Shown here piece by piece: positions 40,482 through 52,702 of a stretch of 64,000 nt of DNA. This DNA comes from Entomortierella parvispora E1425 (lineage: Eukaryota > Fungi > Mortierellomycota), in assembly GCA_020891255.1 (NCBI GenBank), contig BQFW01000012.1, positions 372,001-436,000 of the forward strand, read 5' to 3'. Made by a program: the position numbers and the translations under genes. Position 1 is the first letter of the stretch, and every line of letters begins with the position of its first letter. A model generated the notes under the pieces. The model was not told where the DNA came from. It saw only the letters and a program-made list of their open reading frames with translations, and did not search any database.

Positions 40482-43400
40482 ATGCCACGACAGAGACGCA
40501 GTAATTCTGCTCTTCACCCTCGAGAGTTGTCTCTTCCTCGACTTTGCACAAACACATCGTCTTTCCTTCGCCACAGTCGATCCATCAATGCCCTGGTAGA
40601 CGAATGCTCCCCCTCATCAATACAGTTCCATCGACTAAGGGAATCTCCATCCCCGTTATCACTCTGCAGTCACTCTTCTAGTCCTTTACTCTCTCCAACT
40701 TCTCCTTCCTCTACAATTCCTGAGCCACCCACTTCTCGCGAATATCAAACTCATCTTCACCGACGATTCAGTCAGCTGCAGCAATCTCTTCACGGCACAC
40801 GATTATCCTTTATTCACTCTGCATCACCCTTACCGATCATGACATGGATGACACAGAGCATACAGTCATTGTCGCCGACATCTCCACGACAGTTGACAGC
40901 AACAATCTCACCTCGATCGCCAACACACTCTCGCCCATATCTTTCGCCCCTGCAGCGCTCGCCAATCTCACCCTTGTCGTCCCATTTGGCTCCGCTAGAC
41001 TTAGAAGAACCGACAAGCACGTTGAGCAAACATCATTTGGAGTGGTGCTTGGCTTGCTGCAGGACCGCGCTGGATCGCGAAGGTAAGAGCGAAGGTAGTA
41101 AATGCTGAGCCTGTGGCCAAAGAGGAGCCCTGTTGACGGATACAACATATGTCTGTCTGTCTGCACCATAGAACTTGCTCCGGTGCCATCAGGTGCCGTG
41201 AACGTGCATGAGACGTTGCAGTCGCTGGTCGACATCTACTCCGATGCCGAGCAGGCCTCCGCCTTCTCCCCCTCCTCCTCCTTTGTCTCTTCCACTCCAT
41301 CCCCCTCTTCTCCCACATACACTCCCAGCCCCCATTCGCCGCTTCGCCTGCCTATCCACAAGTCATCGCTCTCTCACCTTCGCCACACATCCTCCAACTC
41401 TTCGCTCGTGTCTCGCTGTTCACAGTCAGGATCGATGGCATCACCCGATCCTCAGACGGTCCACTCGCCTCATGATTTGCTGTGCACATGCTACCGTCCT
41501 TCATCCTCGGGCACATCCTCCCTTTCCTCTTTCGCAGCTTCTGCCCAGGCGGCCGTCACTTTAGCGCTCTCTCTCTTGCGAGCGTTAACGAAAGAGCAGT
41601 TATTGGATCTCATCTTCCTTGTTCACTCCAAAGCGCCTCGGGATCTAGTCACAGCGGCCCCCTACTGGATAAGAGCCAACCGTCTCCATATCGATAGCGA
41701 TGATGATTATGAAGACGCTGATGACGTTGGCGAAGGCGATGACTATTACAGCGATAATGTCAACAGCGACAATGAATCCAGCGCTCTAGAGAAGGACGCG
41801 GCAGCTTGGAGTCCCAAAAGTTTGACCTGCTGCCCTTCGCTCTCTTTGCCCCCATGGCGCCAACAGGCTTTGGAGAACGACCAGCAAGCTGTCCACTCTA
41901 TCAACTCTTCTGATCCTCTTTCAATCAAGGAAGAAGGTATATTCCAAAAAAAAAAAAAAAAAAAAATTGTTTTCTGCATGTTGAGAGTTGAATTTTGAAC
42001 TAACCTCTCGTCTCCTTGACAACTCTTATGAATCTGTGATATCAGGCTCGCCAGCGCCACCGAGGCGAAGACCAGAGGCGGCGATGCTCTCTGCCTTCAT
42101 GTCCATACCTGTGTCCTCAGTGGGCGTACCTACTGTTTCAAGTGGGCCAATGACCCCAGATGATGAACCTGTTCCTCGGATCCCCACCTCAGAGCCAAGT
42201 TCGGTCGAGCGACCACGAAGGGCCAAAAACAACCATCACCAGCACGGCAAAAACCACGACGCGCAAGAATGCTGTGAACCCGGTAGCCCCCCTTGCTACG
42301 ACTACAGGAGTTCATACTGGCAATATCAGATACGGCGACGCACGCGCCAACGGGTCAAACCAAAAGCAACGAGTTTCAAATCGGACCAATTGCCGCCGTC
42401 AGGTCCATCCCCTGAATCAAACAAAGCATCGCCCGAGAGCAAGGCCACCGCTATCCGAGAACAGAATGAAGCTCTTGAGCTCGAGATTCTCCAGGAAGCC
42501 TCCAAGATGATGAATGAGGTGCAGATCGCCGTGACGAGCTTGGACTCTCATGGGAGAGTTACCCCGGCGATCCCTTGCAGAGCGAGCAACACAACGAACG
42601 GACAAGCTATTCATCTCTGGCCCACTCAGCGGATATACACCATTTGCTCTACCTCGCGCGCAAGCGATGTTCCAGTCAACGAAGGAGTCACGGATGATCC
42701 GAAATTGAGCTCGGGCATCCTCCCGCCTTTGGGCATCCCAATCCAAAGTCCCGTCCGGTCAGCTCGAGCCAGGATCACATCCTTCGCTGGCGCAAACACC
42801 CCTCCTCGCAGTTCCTCCTTGACAAATCTCTCCGCAGAAATCAAGGAACCAAGAATCTCTTTCCAACCCTCCAGCGCTCCTGCCTTGACTCTGAAGACCA
42901 AGCATAGAGCACCTCCGCCTCTTCCGATCGAAACTTCTGGGCTCTCGGTCCCGTTTAGGATCCAGACAGACACTGCTCTCTCTCCCACGGCCACTTTGAT
43001 GACAATCAAGGACGGTCCTACTGATAGCAACGCCACCGTAAGCAAGAGTCTGGCACAAAAGGCAGCAGAGACTGGCCACAAGCTTTGGGAAACCTCGATG
43101 ATGGTCCTTCGACGAAAAGTGAACTCTCCTTGCAATGCCACCAAGTTTGACACTGCAATTACACCTACCTCAGACGCTCGGACCTCGATGGAGATCCCGT
43201 CCGTGATTGTGTCAACTCCACTCAGTCTACCGTCTTATGAATCTTCAAGAGATGCCGATGACCCTCGAGCTTCTGCCGCTGCCATGAAGACCCCCAGATC
43301 ACAGCATCTCCATACCAGGAGCCAAGATTTCTCAACTGAGAGCAAGACGCGATTACAAGAGCGAATCCCATTCCATCATCACCAGTTGGCCATCAGTCTT

Positions 43401-44723
43401 CCAGGCCGAGGAAGTCCGAGCTTTCTGTCATCCGTCCCGAGCATGGAGTCAACCCAGGGAACTCGCTGCAAGCCCAAAGGAAAAAAGGCGGTCGCGCTGC
43501 CCACAACTTCGAGAGGATTTCCTGAGGATGATCCAGCCTTCATGATTCCTGATGACTATCTGTCCATGATTCCACCGTCCAATGCCATCCCTTGGTCCTC
43601 ACCGACTCCTCTCCCAGCCATCAACTCTTTTGAGGGCAACTCTCCAAAGTCCCAGGTCCCATCGCCATCAACACCCCTTGCTCTCGCCGAAGCAACACTC
43701 GAGGCGTCCAGTCTGTCTTTTGATAGATCAACAACGTTTAATAGGGCCCTGAGACGTAAAAAAAGTATTCATGAAAAGCTCTTTGGTTCCAAGAGGGACA
43801 AGATCCCAGTCTCGTTGTCCCCCTCCTCTTCAACAACTGCTTTGGTTGACCCCAATCGAGGTCATGTCAAGAGCACCGTCTACGATCACAGTGGTGCCAA
43901 CCTGCATGTCGCTCATGATGCACATATCTGTGACCCTCAGGAACCGCGGCCTCAATCAACCAAGTGCCAGGTTCATAATAACTCCTTGGTATCCTTGGTT
44001 CCTTCATCCAGTTTGCTGACGGCGTCAAACTTGAGCACCCTCCATCCAAACTCCAACCGGAGCAGTCGTGTTATTGAGGACTACAATGGTCGCCCTATTC
44101 TCTGGTCCACTGCTGTCTCGGTCGTATCTTCAGCCTCAACAACGTCGTCGTCTTTGGTCACCAAGGCTACCTGTTCGTCTTTGACCAGAGCAAAGTGTCT
44201 GCGCCATCCTCACCATGGCAAAACAACAACTTCCGCGCACAATCCAGGCTGTCAGCGGCACGGAGGCATTCCCACTCAATCTGGCACTGGACTCGGCATC
44301 ACAACGCCATTGCTTGGAGCCGATCAGGCCTTGAGATGGGATGACTCTACCATCGATAGGTTTCCAAAGGCTGAAAGCATTCCAACAGTGGGGGGTTGGA
44401 CACGACCTGAGGGAACAACGACAGCTGAAGAATTACGAGCAGATTCGGACCATGTGGATGAAGAGAAGAGGCGGAAGGAGGAGGAATATGTGGCGAGAGT
44501 GATGGGTCAATGGCAAAGCTGGGCTGAGACGTGTGGTCCATTGAATCTGCCCACACCTCGCTCTAAGGCCAAGGACACATCAATAGCAGTACCGACAGCC
44601 CCAACACCGGTGAACACAAGATTGGCGTCAAGAGCAACGCGCGTTCTTCCATCTGTCTCTTCTTCCCTTACTCGTGGGAATGGCGCCAATATCACCCAAA
44701 GAGTGAAACTCGGAGTACGCTAG
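40482..44723 (+). CDS. Large S/P/T-rich, largely disordered hypothetical protein; at least 3 exons
   Basis: Three consecutive ORFs can be joined by GT-AG introns (about 41082-41171 and 41938-42043). Final exon is about 900 aa. The start codon is uncertain and no family was recognised. Confidence 0.6.
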
Positions 44724-45977
44724 GCAAATTGAGAGGGGAAAAAAATAAAAAAAATGGCGCGTGTTTCGTTTTTTTTTTTTTTTTTCTCTCTCTCCTCTGT
44801 GGTTCAGTTGGACCTAGGTCAATGATTTGAAGACTTTCCCAGCCCACCGTTACCGTAGTATGGGCACGCCGTCGATCTCATGGTGCGACTTGTCGTCACC
44901 GTGTTGTTATCGTGCATGCATTTTCTTATTCGCCTGTTGTGAAGAAGTCTGCGCAGCCAGCACATCTTTATCGATTTTCTGGCCAACTTTGCAGGACAGA
45001 CTGCGGAGTTTTTTTGACAGGTTGGTTTTTTGATCGCTGACAAATGCCATGAAGGTTTTTTGCATTTTATGGAGCGGAGACGTGTGTCTGGTCCACGTAA
45101 AGAGTTTTCCTACGTTGTGCCCCACACTTCAACGGCGGCCCTCATGGACTCTAAGAGAAAGATAAAACGGCAGGATGGTGCATGCATCCTGCAAAGTTGG
45201 TTTTTTTTACTGACGTGTCCCCCGGAATAAAAGAAGACCCGTTGTCCAAGAAGAGGAAGCAGAGAGAGAAGAGAGAGAAGAGGGGTGGGGAAAGGGAAAG
45301 GACGATGATCCAAGATTAAATTTTTTTATTCCCTTCTCACGCCCCAAGGCGTAAGAAAAAAACCATCAACAGGACGGATGCATGAATTTCTAGGTTTTCT
45401 TGTTTTCGCTATTGGTTCGTTGGGGTGAAGTGAGGTGAGATGACGTTTCTTTTTTATCTCACTGCCCCCAGTCCAAAGAATTACGTATTCAGCATTGCCC
45501 AGCACATTTTTATTTAGAGTTGCACAATGACCCTCAGAATTGGGAGAAGGGCATGCCAATTGTCCTTTCTCCTAAGATTAAGGCTCTTCGAAATCGGGCC
45601 TTTCTGACTTTTTACCGGTGGAAACAAAAAGAATGAATATTATACATCAATGGATGTCCACGCAGACTAATAACAGATGCTCGATCGAGATGCAAGTTGA
45701 AGACCAGACACGGGCTGTGGAGAAGGGAAACAAGGGGGTGTGGGAGGAAGAGTAAGGGAACACGCACCCTCCCCTTCCACTAGTCTTCTTCCTGTCCTGG
45801 AACGCGTTTTAATTCATCGATCGACGGGACCAATTGAGACCAATTGAGAGGCTGGTGATCATGAAGAAAGGTTTAAAAGGGACCCATTCCCTGCCCTTCG
45901 TGGTTTTCCCCTCATTCTCAGCAATTGCTTCTTTCTCCCTCTTTCCCAAGTCTCTATACCCACACAGAAACATCAAA

Positions 45978-46751
45978 ATGGTTCACGCTTACTTCTCTCC
46001 CGCCCAGGCTGAGTCCTACAACCACCTCGCCTCTAGAACCGACAGCAAGTTTGAGGTTCACTACTTTGGCTTCCACGCCCTCGCTGGTACCACCCGCTCC
46101 ATTCTTGCTGTCGCCGGTGCCGACTTCAAATCCGCCATCCCTGCTGAGGGCACGTGGGCCGCTGAGCACAAGGCCAAGGCCCCCTTTGGCTACATGCCCC
46201 TCCTCCGCGAGACCTCGCCCGACGGCAAGCACACTCTTCTCATTTCGGAATCCGAAGCCATTGAGCGTTACCTCGCTCGCAAGTTTGGCCTCCTCGGCAA
46301 GAACGGCTACGAGGAGTTGATCATCAACCAGTTTGTCTCATCCAACAGCGGCATGGCCATGAACTTGGTCCAAAAGTTCTTTATTGTCCGTGACAACGCA
46401 GAGTTGCAGGCTGCCAACAAGGCCAAGTTGTTGGAGGGTCCCATCCCCAGCTGGATCGCTGCTCATGAAAAGCACTTGCGCGAGAACCCCGCTGCCGTGG
46501 CCAAGGGCTTGAAGGACGGTAACGGACACTACGTCGGCGAGACCTTCTCGTTGGCAGATGTGAAGATGGCTGGTCTTGTGGACATGGTCCGTGTGGTCAC
46601 TGGTGATGACATGGTCTCGAAGGAGAAGACCCCTGCCATGTGGAAGGTCAAGGAGGCCATGGAGGCTTCCCCCTCGGTCAAGGCGTGGAAGGCCACTCCC
46701 GAGTTCAAGGAAATCTCGGAGCGCAACTTCCAGTTCATGGGATTCTACTAA
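45978..46751 (+). CDS. Glutathione S-transferase (Tyr-type, sigma-like), copy 1
   Basis: HYFGFHALAGTTRSIL, cis-Pro PFGYMPLL, ESEAIERYL, GHYVGETFSLAD. Intronless with strong C-ending codon bias. Confidence 0.92.
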   Translation: MVHAYFSPAQAESYNHLASRTDSKFEVHYFGFHALAGTTRSILAVAGADFKSAIPAEGTWAAEHKAKAPFGYMPLLRETSPDGKHTLLISESEAIERYLARKFGLLGKNGYEELIINQFVSSNSGMAMNLVQKFFIVRDNAELQAANKAKLLEGPIPSWIAAHEKHLRENPAAVAKGLKDGNGHYVGETFSLADVKMAGLVDMVRVVTGDDMVSKEKTPAMWKVKEAMEASPSVKAWKATPEFKEISERNFQFMGFY

Positions 46752-47076
46752 AACTACAAAAAGTAGTCCACTCGTTCTTATTTATCCCTTTTACCAGTCG
46801 CAACAATAAAACGACATCTGCATTTGTATCATAACTGCTAGTTCAATGGAAACATTTGGAAGGTTGAAAACGTTGAGAAGATCCTGGAATACAATGGAAT
46901 CTTTGGGCTGAGGTTAGGCGCATGCTTGCCAAACAACGCGACTGTGCGAGACTAGTGATCATGAAGAAAGGTTTAAAAAGAACCCATCTGCCCTTCATGG
47001 CTTTTTCCTCATTCTCAGCAACTGCTTCTTTCTCCTTCCTATCTTAGCCTTTATACCCACACATAGAAACATCGAA

Positions 47077-47850
47077 ATGGTTCACGCCTACTTCTCTCCC
47101 GACCAAGCCGAGTCCTACAACCACCTCGTCTCCAGAACCGACAGCAAGTTTGAGGTTCAGTACTTTGGCTGGCACGCCCTTGGCGGCACTACCCGCTACA
47201 TCCTTGCTATCGGCGGTGCCAACTTCAAGTCCATCACCCCCGCTGAGGGCACGTGGGGCACTGAGCACAAGGCCAAGGCCCCCTTTGGTTACATGCCCCT
47301 CCTTCGTGAGACCTCACCCGATGGCAAGTACACTCTTCTCATTTCGGAATCGGATGCCATTGAGCGTTACCTCTCTCACAAGTTTGGTCTCCTCGGCAAG
47401 AACGGCTACGAGGAGTTGATCATCAACCAATTTGTCTCGTCCAACAACGCCATGGCCATGAACTTGTTCCTAAGGTACTTTTCTATCCTCGACAATGAAG
47501 AGTTCAAGGCTGCCAACAAGGCCAAGTTATTGGGGGGTACCATCCCCAGCTGGATCGCTGCTCATGAGAAGCACCTGTGCGAGAACACCGCTGCCGTGGC
47601 CAAGGGCTTGAAGGATGGTAACGGACACTATGTCGGGGAGACCTTCTCGTTGGCGGATGTGAAGACGCCTGCTCTTGTGGACATGATCCGTGTGATCTCT
47701 GGTGATGACATGGTCTCGAAGGAGAAGACCCCTGCCTTGTGGAAGGTCAAGGAGACCATGGAGGCTTCCCCTTCGGTCAAGGCGTGGAAGGCCACTCCTG
47801 AGTTCAAGGAAATCTCGGAGCGCAACTTCCAACTGATCGGCTGCTACTAA
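47077..47850 (+). CDS. Glutathione S-transferase, copy 2 (recent tandem duplicate of copy 1)
   Basis: Same motifs. The 5' flank (TGATCATGAAGAAAGGTTTAAAA...) and 3' flank are also duplicated, giving a unit of about 1.1 kb. Confidence 0.92.
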   Translation: MVHAYFSPDQAESYNHLVSRTDSKFEVQYFGWHALGGTTRYILAIGGANFKSITPAEGTWGTEHKAKAPFGYMPLLRETSPDGKYTLLISESDAIERYLSHKFGLLGKNGYEELIINQFVSSNNAMAMNLFLRYFSILDNEEFKAANKAKLLGGTIPSWIAAHEKHLCENTAAVAKGLKDGNGHYVGETFSLADVKTPALVDMIRVISGDDMVSKEKTPALWKVKETMEASPSVKAWKATPEFKEISERNFQLIGCY

Positions 47851-48658
47851 AAACCACCAAAGTAGTTCATTCTACCTCTCATGCCCATAACCTTTTACCA
47901 GTCGCGACAATAAAACAATAGCTGCAGTTGTATCATAGCAATTTGTTCAATGGAAACGTTGAGAAGGTGCTGGAACACGGATTCCAAAGGAGTTTGAACC
48001 AATGTAAAATTAAAGCAGGGTTACGCCCATGCTGTCAATTGGCGTCAAAGAGACAGTGCACAGACCTCAGTCTTTGAATCGTGGGAATAGGATGTATTAA
48101 TACTTTTACTCTACTTTTGCCCAACTTGATGATGATCCTGTTCGACATTTGCGCCTGCCCATGGTGCCGGCATTGACAGCCTACTCGGACTCTTTCGAAA
48201 CAACGGGCCCCAAAGGACAAATGAACAACTAGAGGAGATTGTCAAGATTTGTCACATGGATATTTTCCTGCGCTCTCCGAGAAAGCGGCGCTTTTTTTTT
48301 TTGTTGCCTGTGCGCTGATCTCCAGGCTTTGTTGTTTGGTCTGGATTGAACCTCTTCCCTACAGATCTGTGAGGCGTTATTGTCATGACCAGGACAATCG
48401 TTTGGACCGCTTGGACCATCAACGCGGAAGAACAATTGTCTACGTAGCGTGTGCACACGCGTTCATGGCGCGCGCGGTCAATTGAGATCATCCCTTTCCT
48501 CTGTTTGCGAATCTGCTCTTGTTTGAGCCTTCTGTCGTTGGTATAAAAGGCCCATCCTGTTGAGTCTCCATCTCTTCACCCCAGTGACCTCTCAAAGCGT
48601 CTACACTCCTGCTCACTTTACCAAGCTCACATCCCTTCATCCCACTCGCTGCCACAAA

Positions 48659-49425
48659 ATGGTTCACCAATACTTTGACCCTGTCAACGCCGAGGCCTTA
48701 GCGCCCTTGCCACCAAGACCGACACCAAATTTGATCTTTACTACTTTGGCGTGTTTGGTATCTCTGGTACCATTCGCACGATCCTCGCCCTCGCTGGTGC
48801 CTCTTTCAAGTCCAACATCCCCCCAGGCGATACCTGGAAGACCCAGTACAAAGCAAAGACCCCCTCTGGGGTCATTCCCGTCTTGCGTGAAACCTCTGCG
48901 GATGGCTCCTTGACCTTTATGATCTCCGAGACAGACGCCATCGAACGTTACCTGTCGCGCAAGTTTGGGTTCTTTGGCAAGACCCCATTCGAGGAGGTGG
49001 TCATCAGTCAGTTTGTGGCCTCGAACAATACCCTCATCCAACAGCTGGTCCAGCGGTTCTTTGTCCTCGACAAGAACTCAGAGCTCAAGGCTCAGAACAA
49101 GGAGAAGCTTCTAGAGGGCCCCATCGTCGACTGGATCCATATCCACGAGAAGCACCTGTCCGAGAACCCGGTTGCGGTAGCAGGCGAGGAAGAACATGGT
49201 AACGGTCATTATGTGGGAAACTCGTTCTCGCTGGCGGATTTGAAGGCGGTTCAGGTGATTGATATGCTGAAGAGCTTCTCGGATGAACTGATCTCCAAAG
49301 ACAAGACTCCGGCATTGTGGAAGGTGAAGGAAAACGTTGAACAAACACCCTCGTTCCAGGAATGGAGGGCTACTGAAGACTATCAAAAACTTGCAGAGTC
49401 GAATCTTTCGCTTCTTGGGTACTAG
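48659..49425 (+). pseudogene. Glutathione S-transferase, copy 3, with a 1-bp frameshift near codon 14 (pseudogene or assembly error)
   Basis: ATG 48659 reads MVHQYFDPVNAEA. Adding one base at 48698-48700 (GCC TT- AGC) restores FSALATKTDTKFDLYYFG, colinear with copy 4. The rest of the frame is intact and a TATAAAA lies at 48543. Confidence 0.8.
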
Positions 49426-50350
49426 GGATCTATAGAGTATCACCCGTTCAATAAACCTGTCGTTCCGACGCCCATTCCCTTGACCTAGAGTGTGCACTTC
49501 TTTCTTTGTTCCAAGGCCTGTGCAACAAAGAACTCTTAACTGGCTTTGGAATTGCTCTCCCAAGTGGCGACATCTGTTGTCAACCAACCCCTTCCTTGTT
49601 GAGCTGCGCAGCTTTGGTCAACAAAACAATTTGGCTGGACCACAAGGTGGGAAAAAAAACGTCATTAACCGCCATACTGAATAGCCTCGGATCGGCAAGA
49701 TCTCTTCAAGATGAAATGCATTGGAAGGATGGATCAAATCACAAGTTGCCGGGAGCATCCCCTGGGAAGCAGTGGGCTGGGGGAGGTTTTGGACATCAAT
49801 GAGAACAGTAGCAGCCTGCGCAATCTCTAGCACGGATCATGATCCGGAATTGGAGGATTGGAAGACAGACACGATGAGGGCCTCTTTTGATGCGGGCAAA
49901 GAAGAGGAAAAGGCCTCCCTCGAGGGAGTCTTCCCAAGAGAAGCATGTCGTTCACTTCAGATTTGATTATTCAGCTGGTCGTTTTAGGTTGATGTTTTAA
50001 GTTGATGTGCCATCTGGACAAGTCTTGTTTCTTGAGCCCCTGGATGGATGGCAGCTACGTGTCAATGGACGGAGGTAGAAAAACAACGCCTACGATTATT
50101 AATCCAATCTTTTCTGAAGATGACCATGGTCTTGACCACAGAAACACACTAGTCCGGTTTATGGACGCGCATGTACCATTTTGCCGCGTGCATGAGGAGT
50201 ACCTTGCTGCCCTTTGCCTAGTTTACTGTTGTTGAGCATTGGAGAAAGAAGAAAAAAAAAGTATAAAAACCGAGCCGTTATCCCACCATATACCGTCATC
50301 CTAAGCAACTCGACTACAGCGACGCTCAAGTAACTTCTCACATTCACAAA

Positions 50351-51118
50351 ATGGTCCACCAATTCTTTGATCCCGCTAACGCTGCTGCCTTCAACACGCT
50401 CGCTGACAAGACCGACAGCAAGTTTGAGGTGCACTACTTTGGCCTTCACGGTCTCTCTGGCACCATTCGCACCATCCTCGCCGTCTCTGGTGCCAAGTTT
50501 GTGTCCATCGCGCCTGCTGAGGGCACCTGGGTGCCCAAGTACAAGCCCCACACTCCCTTTGGAGTCCTCCCCAACCTTCGCGAGACCTCTGCTGATGGCA
50601 CCTTGGTCGTGAACATCACAGAGTCGGATGCCATTGAACGTTACCTCTCTCGCAAGTTCGGTTACTTGGGCAAGACTGCTCACGAGGAGTTGCTCGTCAG
50701 CCAATTTGTCGCCGCCAACAACGCCATGATGACCACCCTCGTCAAAGATTACATTGCTCAGAGGGAAAACTTGGAGCTCAAGGCAGCCAACAAGGAAAAG
50801 TTGATTGCCACCACCATTCCCACCTGGATTGAGTACCACGAGAAGCATCTTTCTGAGAACCCCGCTGCCAAGGAGGGTAAGCACGGAAACGGACACTATG
50901 TCGGCAACTCGTTGTCTCTGGCGGATCTGAAGGCCTATCAATTGATCGGGATTCTCCAGGACATGATTGGGGACGATTTGATCAACAAGGAAAAGACCCC
51001 GGCCCTCTTGAAGGTCAAGGAGACTGTCGAGGCCATCCCTTCTCTTCAGGCTTGGAAGGCCACTGAGGATTACAAGGCCATGTCAGAGCGCAACTTCCAA
51101 GCCCTTGGATTCCATTGA
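50351..51118 (+). CDS. Glutathione S-transferase, copy 4
   Basis: HYFGLHGLSGTIRTIL, PFGVLPNL, ESDAIERYL, GHYVGNSLSLAD; TATAAAA near 50262. Confidence 0.92.
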   Translation: MVHQFFDPANAAAFNTLADKTDSKFEVHYFGLHGLSGTIRTILAVSGAKFVSIAPAEGTWVPKYKPHTPFGVLPNLRETSADGTLVVNITESDAIERYLSRKFGYLGKTAHEELLVSQFVAANNAMMTTLVKDYIAQRENLELKAANKEKLIATTIPTWIEYHEKHLSENPAAKEGKHGNGHYVGNSLSLADLKAYQLIGILQDMIGDDLINKEKTPALLKVKETVEAIPSLQAWKATEDYKAMSERNFQALGFH

Positions 51119-51511
51119 AAAAAAATTGCCTCTTCCTTCTCATTCTCCCTCAGCCCACATTCAACACAATTTTTGCATCCGCCAAATAAAATACCCCCAG
51201 TTTTCATTCATTATTATTGTCGAATACTTTAATTTGACCATGCGCACGCTTTTGCTGTGTTGCTCTGGATTTGTTGGTAAGGTTCAGGTGTTCTAGACAC
51301 GATGTCCGCTGTACGTGTTTTAGGAAACGCGGTCCGGGATTATTTTTTTTTTCTAGATAAAAACCGTTCGGTCGAGGGGTAGCTTTCTCACACTTTATTT
51401 TCTTTTGTTTCTTCAACATCTCTCTTCCTTCAGCCCCTTCTACTCCTCGATCCTCCCACAAGGTACCTATTTTCTCCCTCCGCTGTTCCAAGCTTCCGAA
51501 AAACTCAAAAC

Positions 51512-52207
51512 ATGGTCAACATCCTCCTCGTCCACGGTGCCATCGCCGACGGCTCTTCCTGGGCCGGTGTTATCCCTCTCCTTGAGGCCGCAGGTCACAC
51601 CGTAGTGGCCGTGCAGCAGCCTCTGACCTCGATCCCCGACGACATTGCAAAGACCAAGGTCGCCCTGGCCACCTTGAACGGCCCTGTGGTCATTGTTGGC
51701 CACTCCTTTGGTGGCTATGTGATCTCCAACGCAGCCTACAATGAACCCAACGTCGTCGCGTTGGTCTATGTTGCCGCTTTTGGACCGGACGAAGGTGAAT
51801 CGGCCTTGGACCTGGGCAAGAACTTTACGCCTCTGCCCTCGAACCAACTCTTCAAGCCAGATTCGGCTGGAAGAGTCACCTTGAGCCAACCCGATTTCGT
51901 AAAGTACTTTGCCCCCGATGTCGGAGCGGAAAAGGCGCGCATCATGGCGGCCGTCCAGGGACCCAGTGATGGCGCTCGATTTGGTTGGAAGTCTGGCCCT
52001 GTTGCGTGGAAGCAAAAGCCCTCCTGGTACATTGTGGCAGAACATGATCAAATTATCCAGCCCGAGCTCGAGTTGTGGTGCGCAGAGAGAATGAAGGCCA
52101 AGAAGATTGTCAAGGTCCCTGGAGCATCGCACGCCGTCATGGTGTCCCACCCCAAGGAAGTCGCCAATGTGATTCTGGAGGCGGCCGCCAGCGCTGTCGC
52201 CCAGTAA
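51512..52207 (+). CDS. Alpha/beta hydrolase (Abhydrolase_6/esterase type), intronless
   Basis: LLVHGAIADGSSW oxyanion motif, GHSFGG nucleophile elbow, AEHDQII acid, GASHAVMVSHP catalytic His; 231 aa. Confidence 0.9.
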   Translation: MVNILLVHGAIADGSSWAGVIPLLEAAGHTVVAVQQPLTSIPDDIAKTKVALATLNGPVVIVGHSFGGYVISNAAYNEPNVVALVYVAAFGPDEGESALDLGKNFTPLPSNQLFKPDSAGRVTLSQPDFVKYFAPDVGAEKARIMAAVQGPSDGARFGWKSGPVAWKQKPSWYIVAEHDQIIQPELELWCAERMKAKKIVKVPGASHAVMVSHPKEVANVILEAAASAVAQ

Positions 52208-52624
52208 AAAGAGAGACAGACATGGCATGCTCGATAGCAAAGGCAAGAAACTGTTCCCACGAAGGAAACGTTGACCCAATCTTGATCCTCTCCGCCTATA
52301 AATTTTGTTTAAAAAAAAGAAACCATACTTTTGTTCATGCAGGGTCGGGATAGAGAGCTGCTTGCAAGTGAGATTCGAATGGTTCATAGAGGGGTACAGT
52401 CTGGTCATGACCGTGAGCTCTTCTGGGGTTCGATGTTGCAATCCATACCCAATTAGCACAAAGGACCGACCTGACCATGGGCCGGGGACCAAGCAAAGCG
52501 CAACATCGCGATCGATCGGCCATGATCAATTAAGGGGAAGAATACTCTAATTAAGGGTATATTCTTTAGATAGCAGTCACACATCCCGTACTTGTAGGGG
52601 CCCTGTTTTGTCGACATCAACAAG

Positions 52625-52696
52625 GCAGGATTAGCTCAGCGGCAGAGCAGCCGACTGCAGATCGGCAGGTCTCCGGTTCAAATCCGGAATTCTGCT
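52625..52696 (+). tRNA. tRNA-Cys(GCA), intronless
   Basis: Full cloverleaf: acceptor GCAGGAT/ATTCTGC, D arm GCTC/GAGC, anticodon arm GCCGA-CTGCAGA-TCGGC, T arm TCCGG-TTCAAAT-CCGGA, U73 discriminator; 72 nt. Confidence 0.95.
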
Positions 52697-52702
52697 TTTT
52701 TA
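52696..52702 (+). terminator. RNA polymerase III terminator (T-run) after tRNA-Cys
   Basis: Run of at least 6 T immediately after the tRNA 3' end. Confidence 0.8.

Noticed and set aside
51467-52492. 341-aa antisense ORF over the hydrolase (and antisense ORFs over the GSTs, NOP6 and RAD54)
   Set aside because: Shadow frames produced by strong codon bias of the sense gene.
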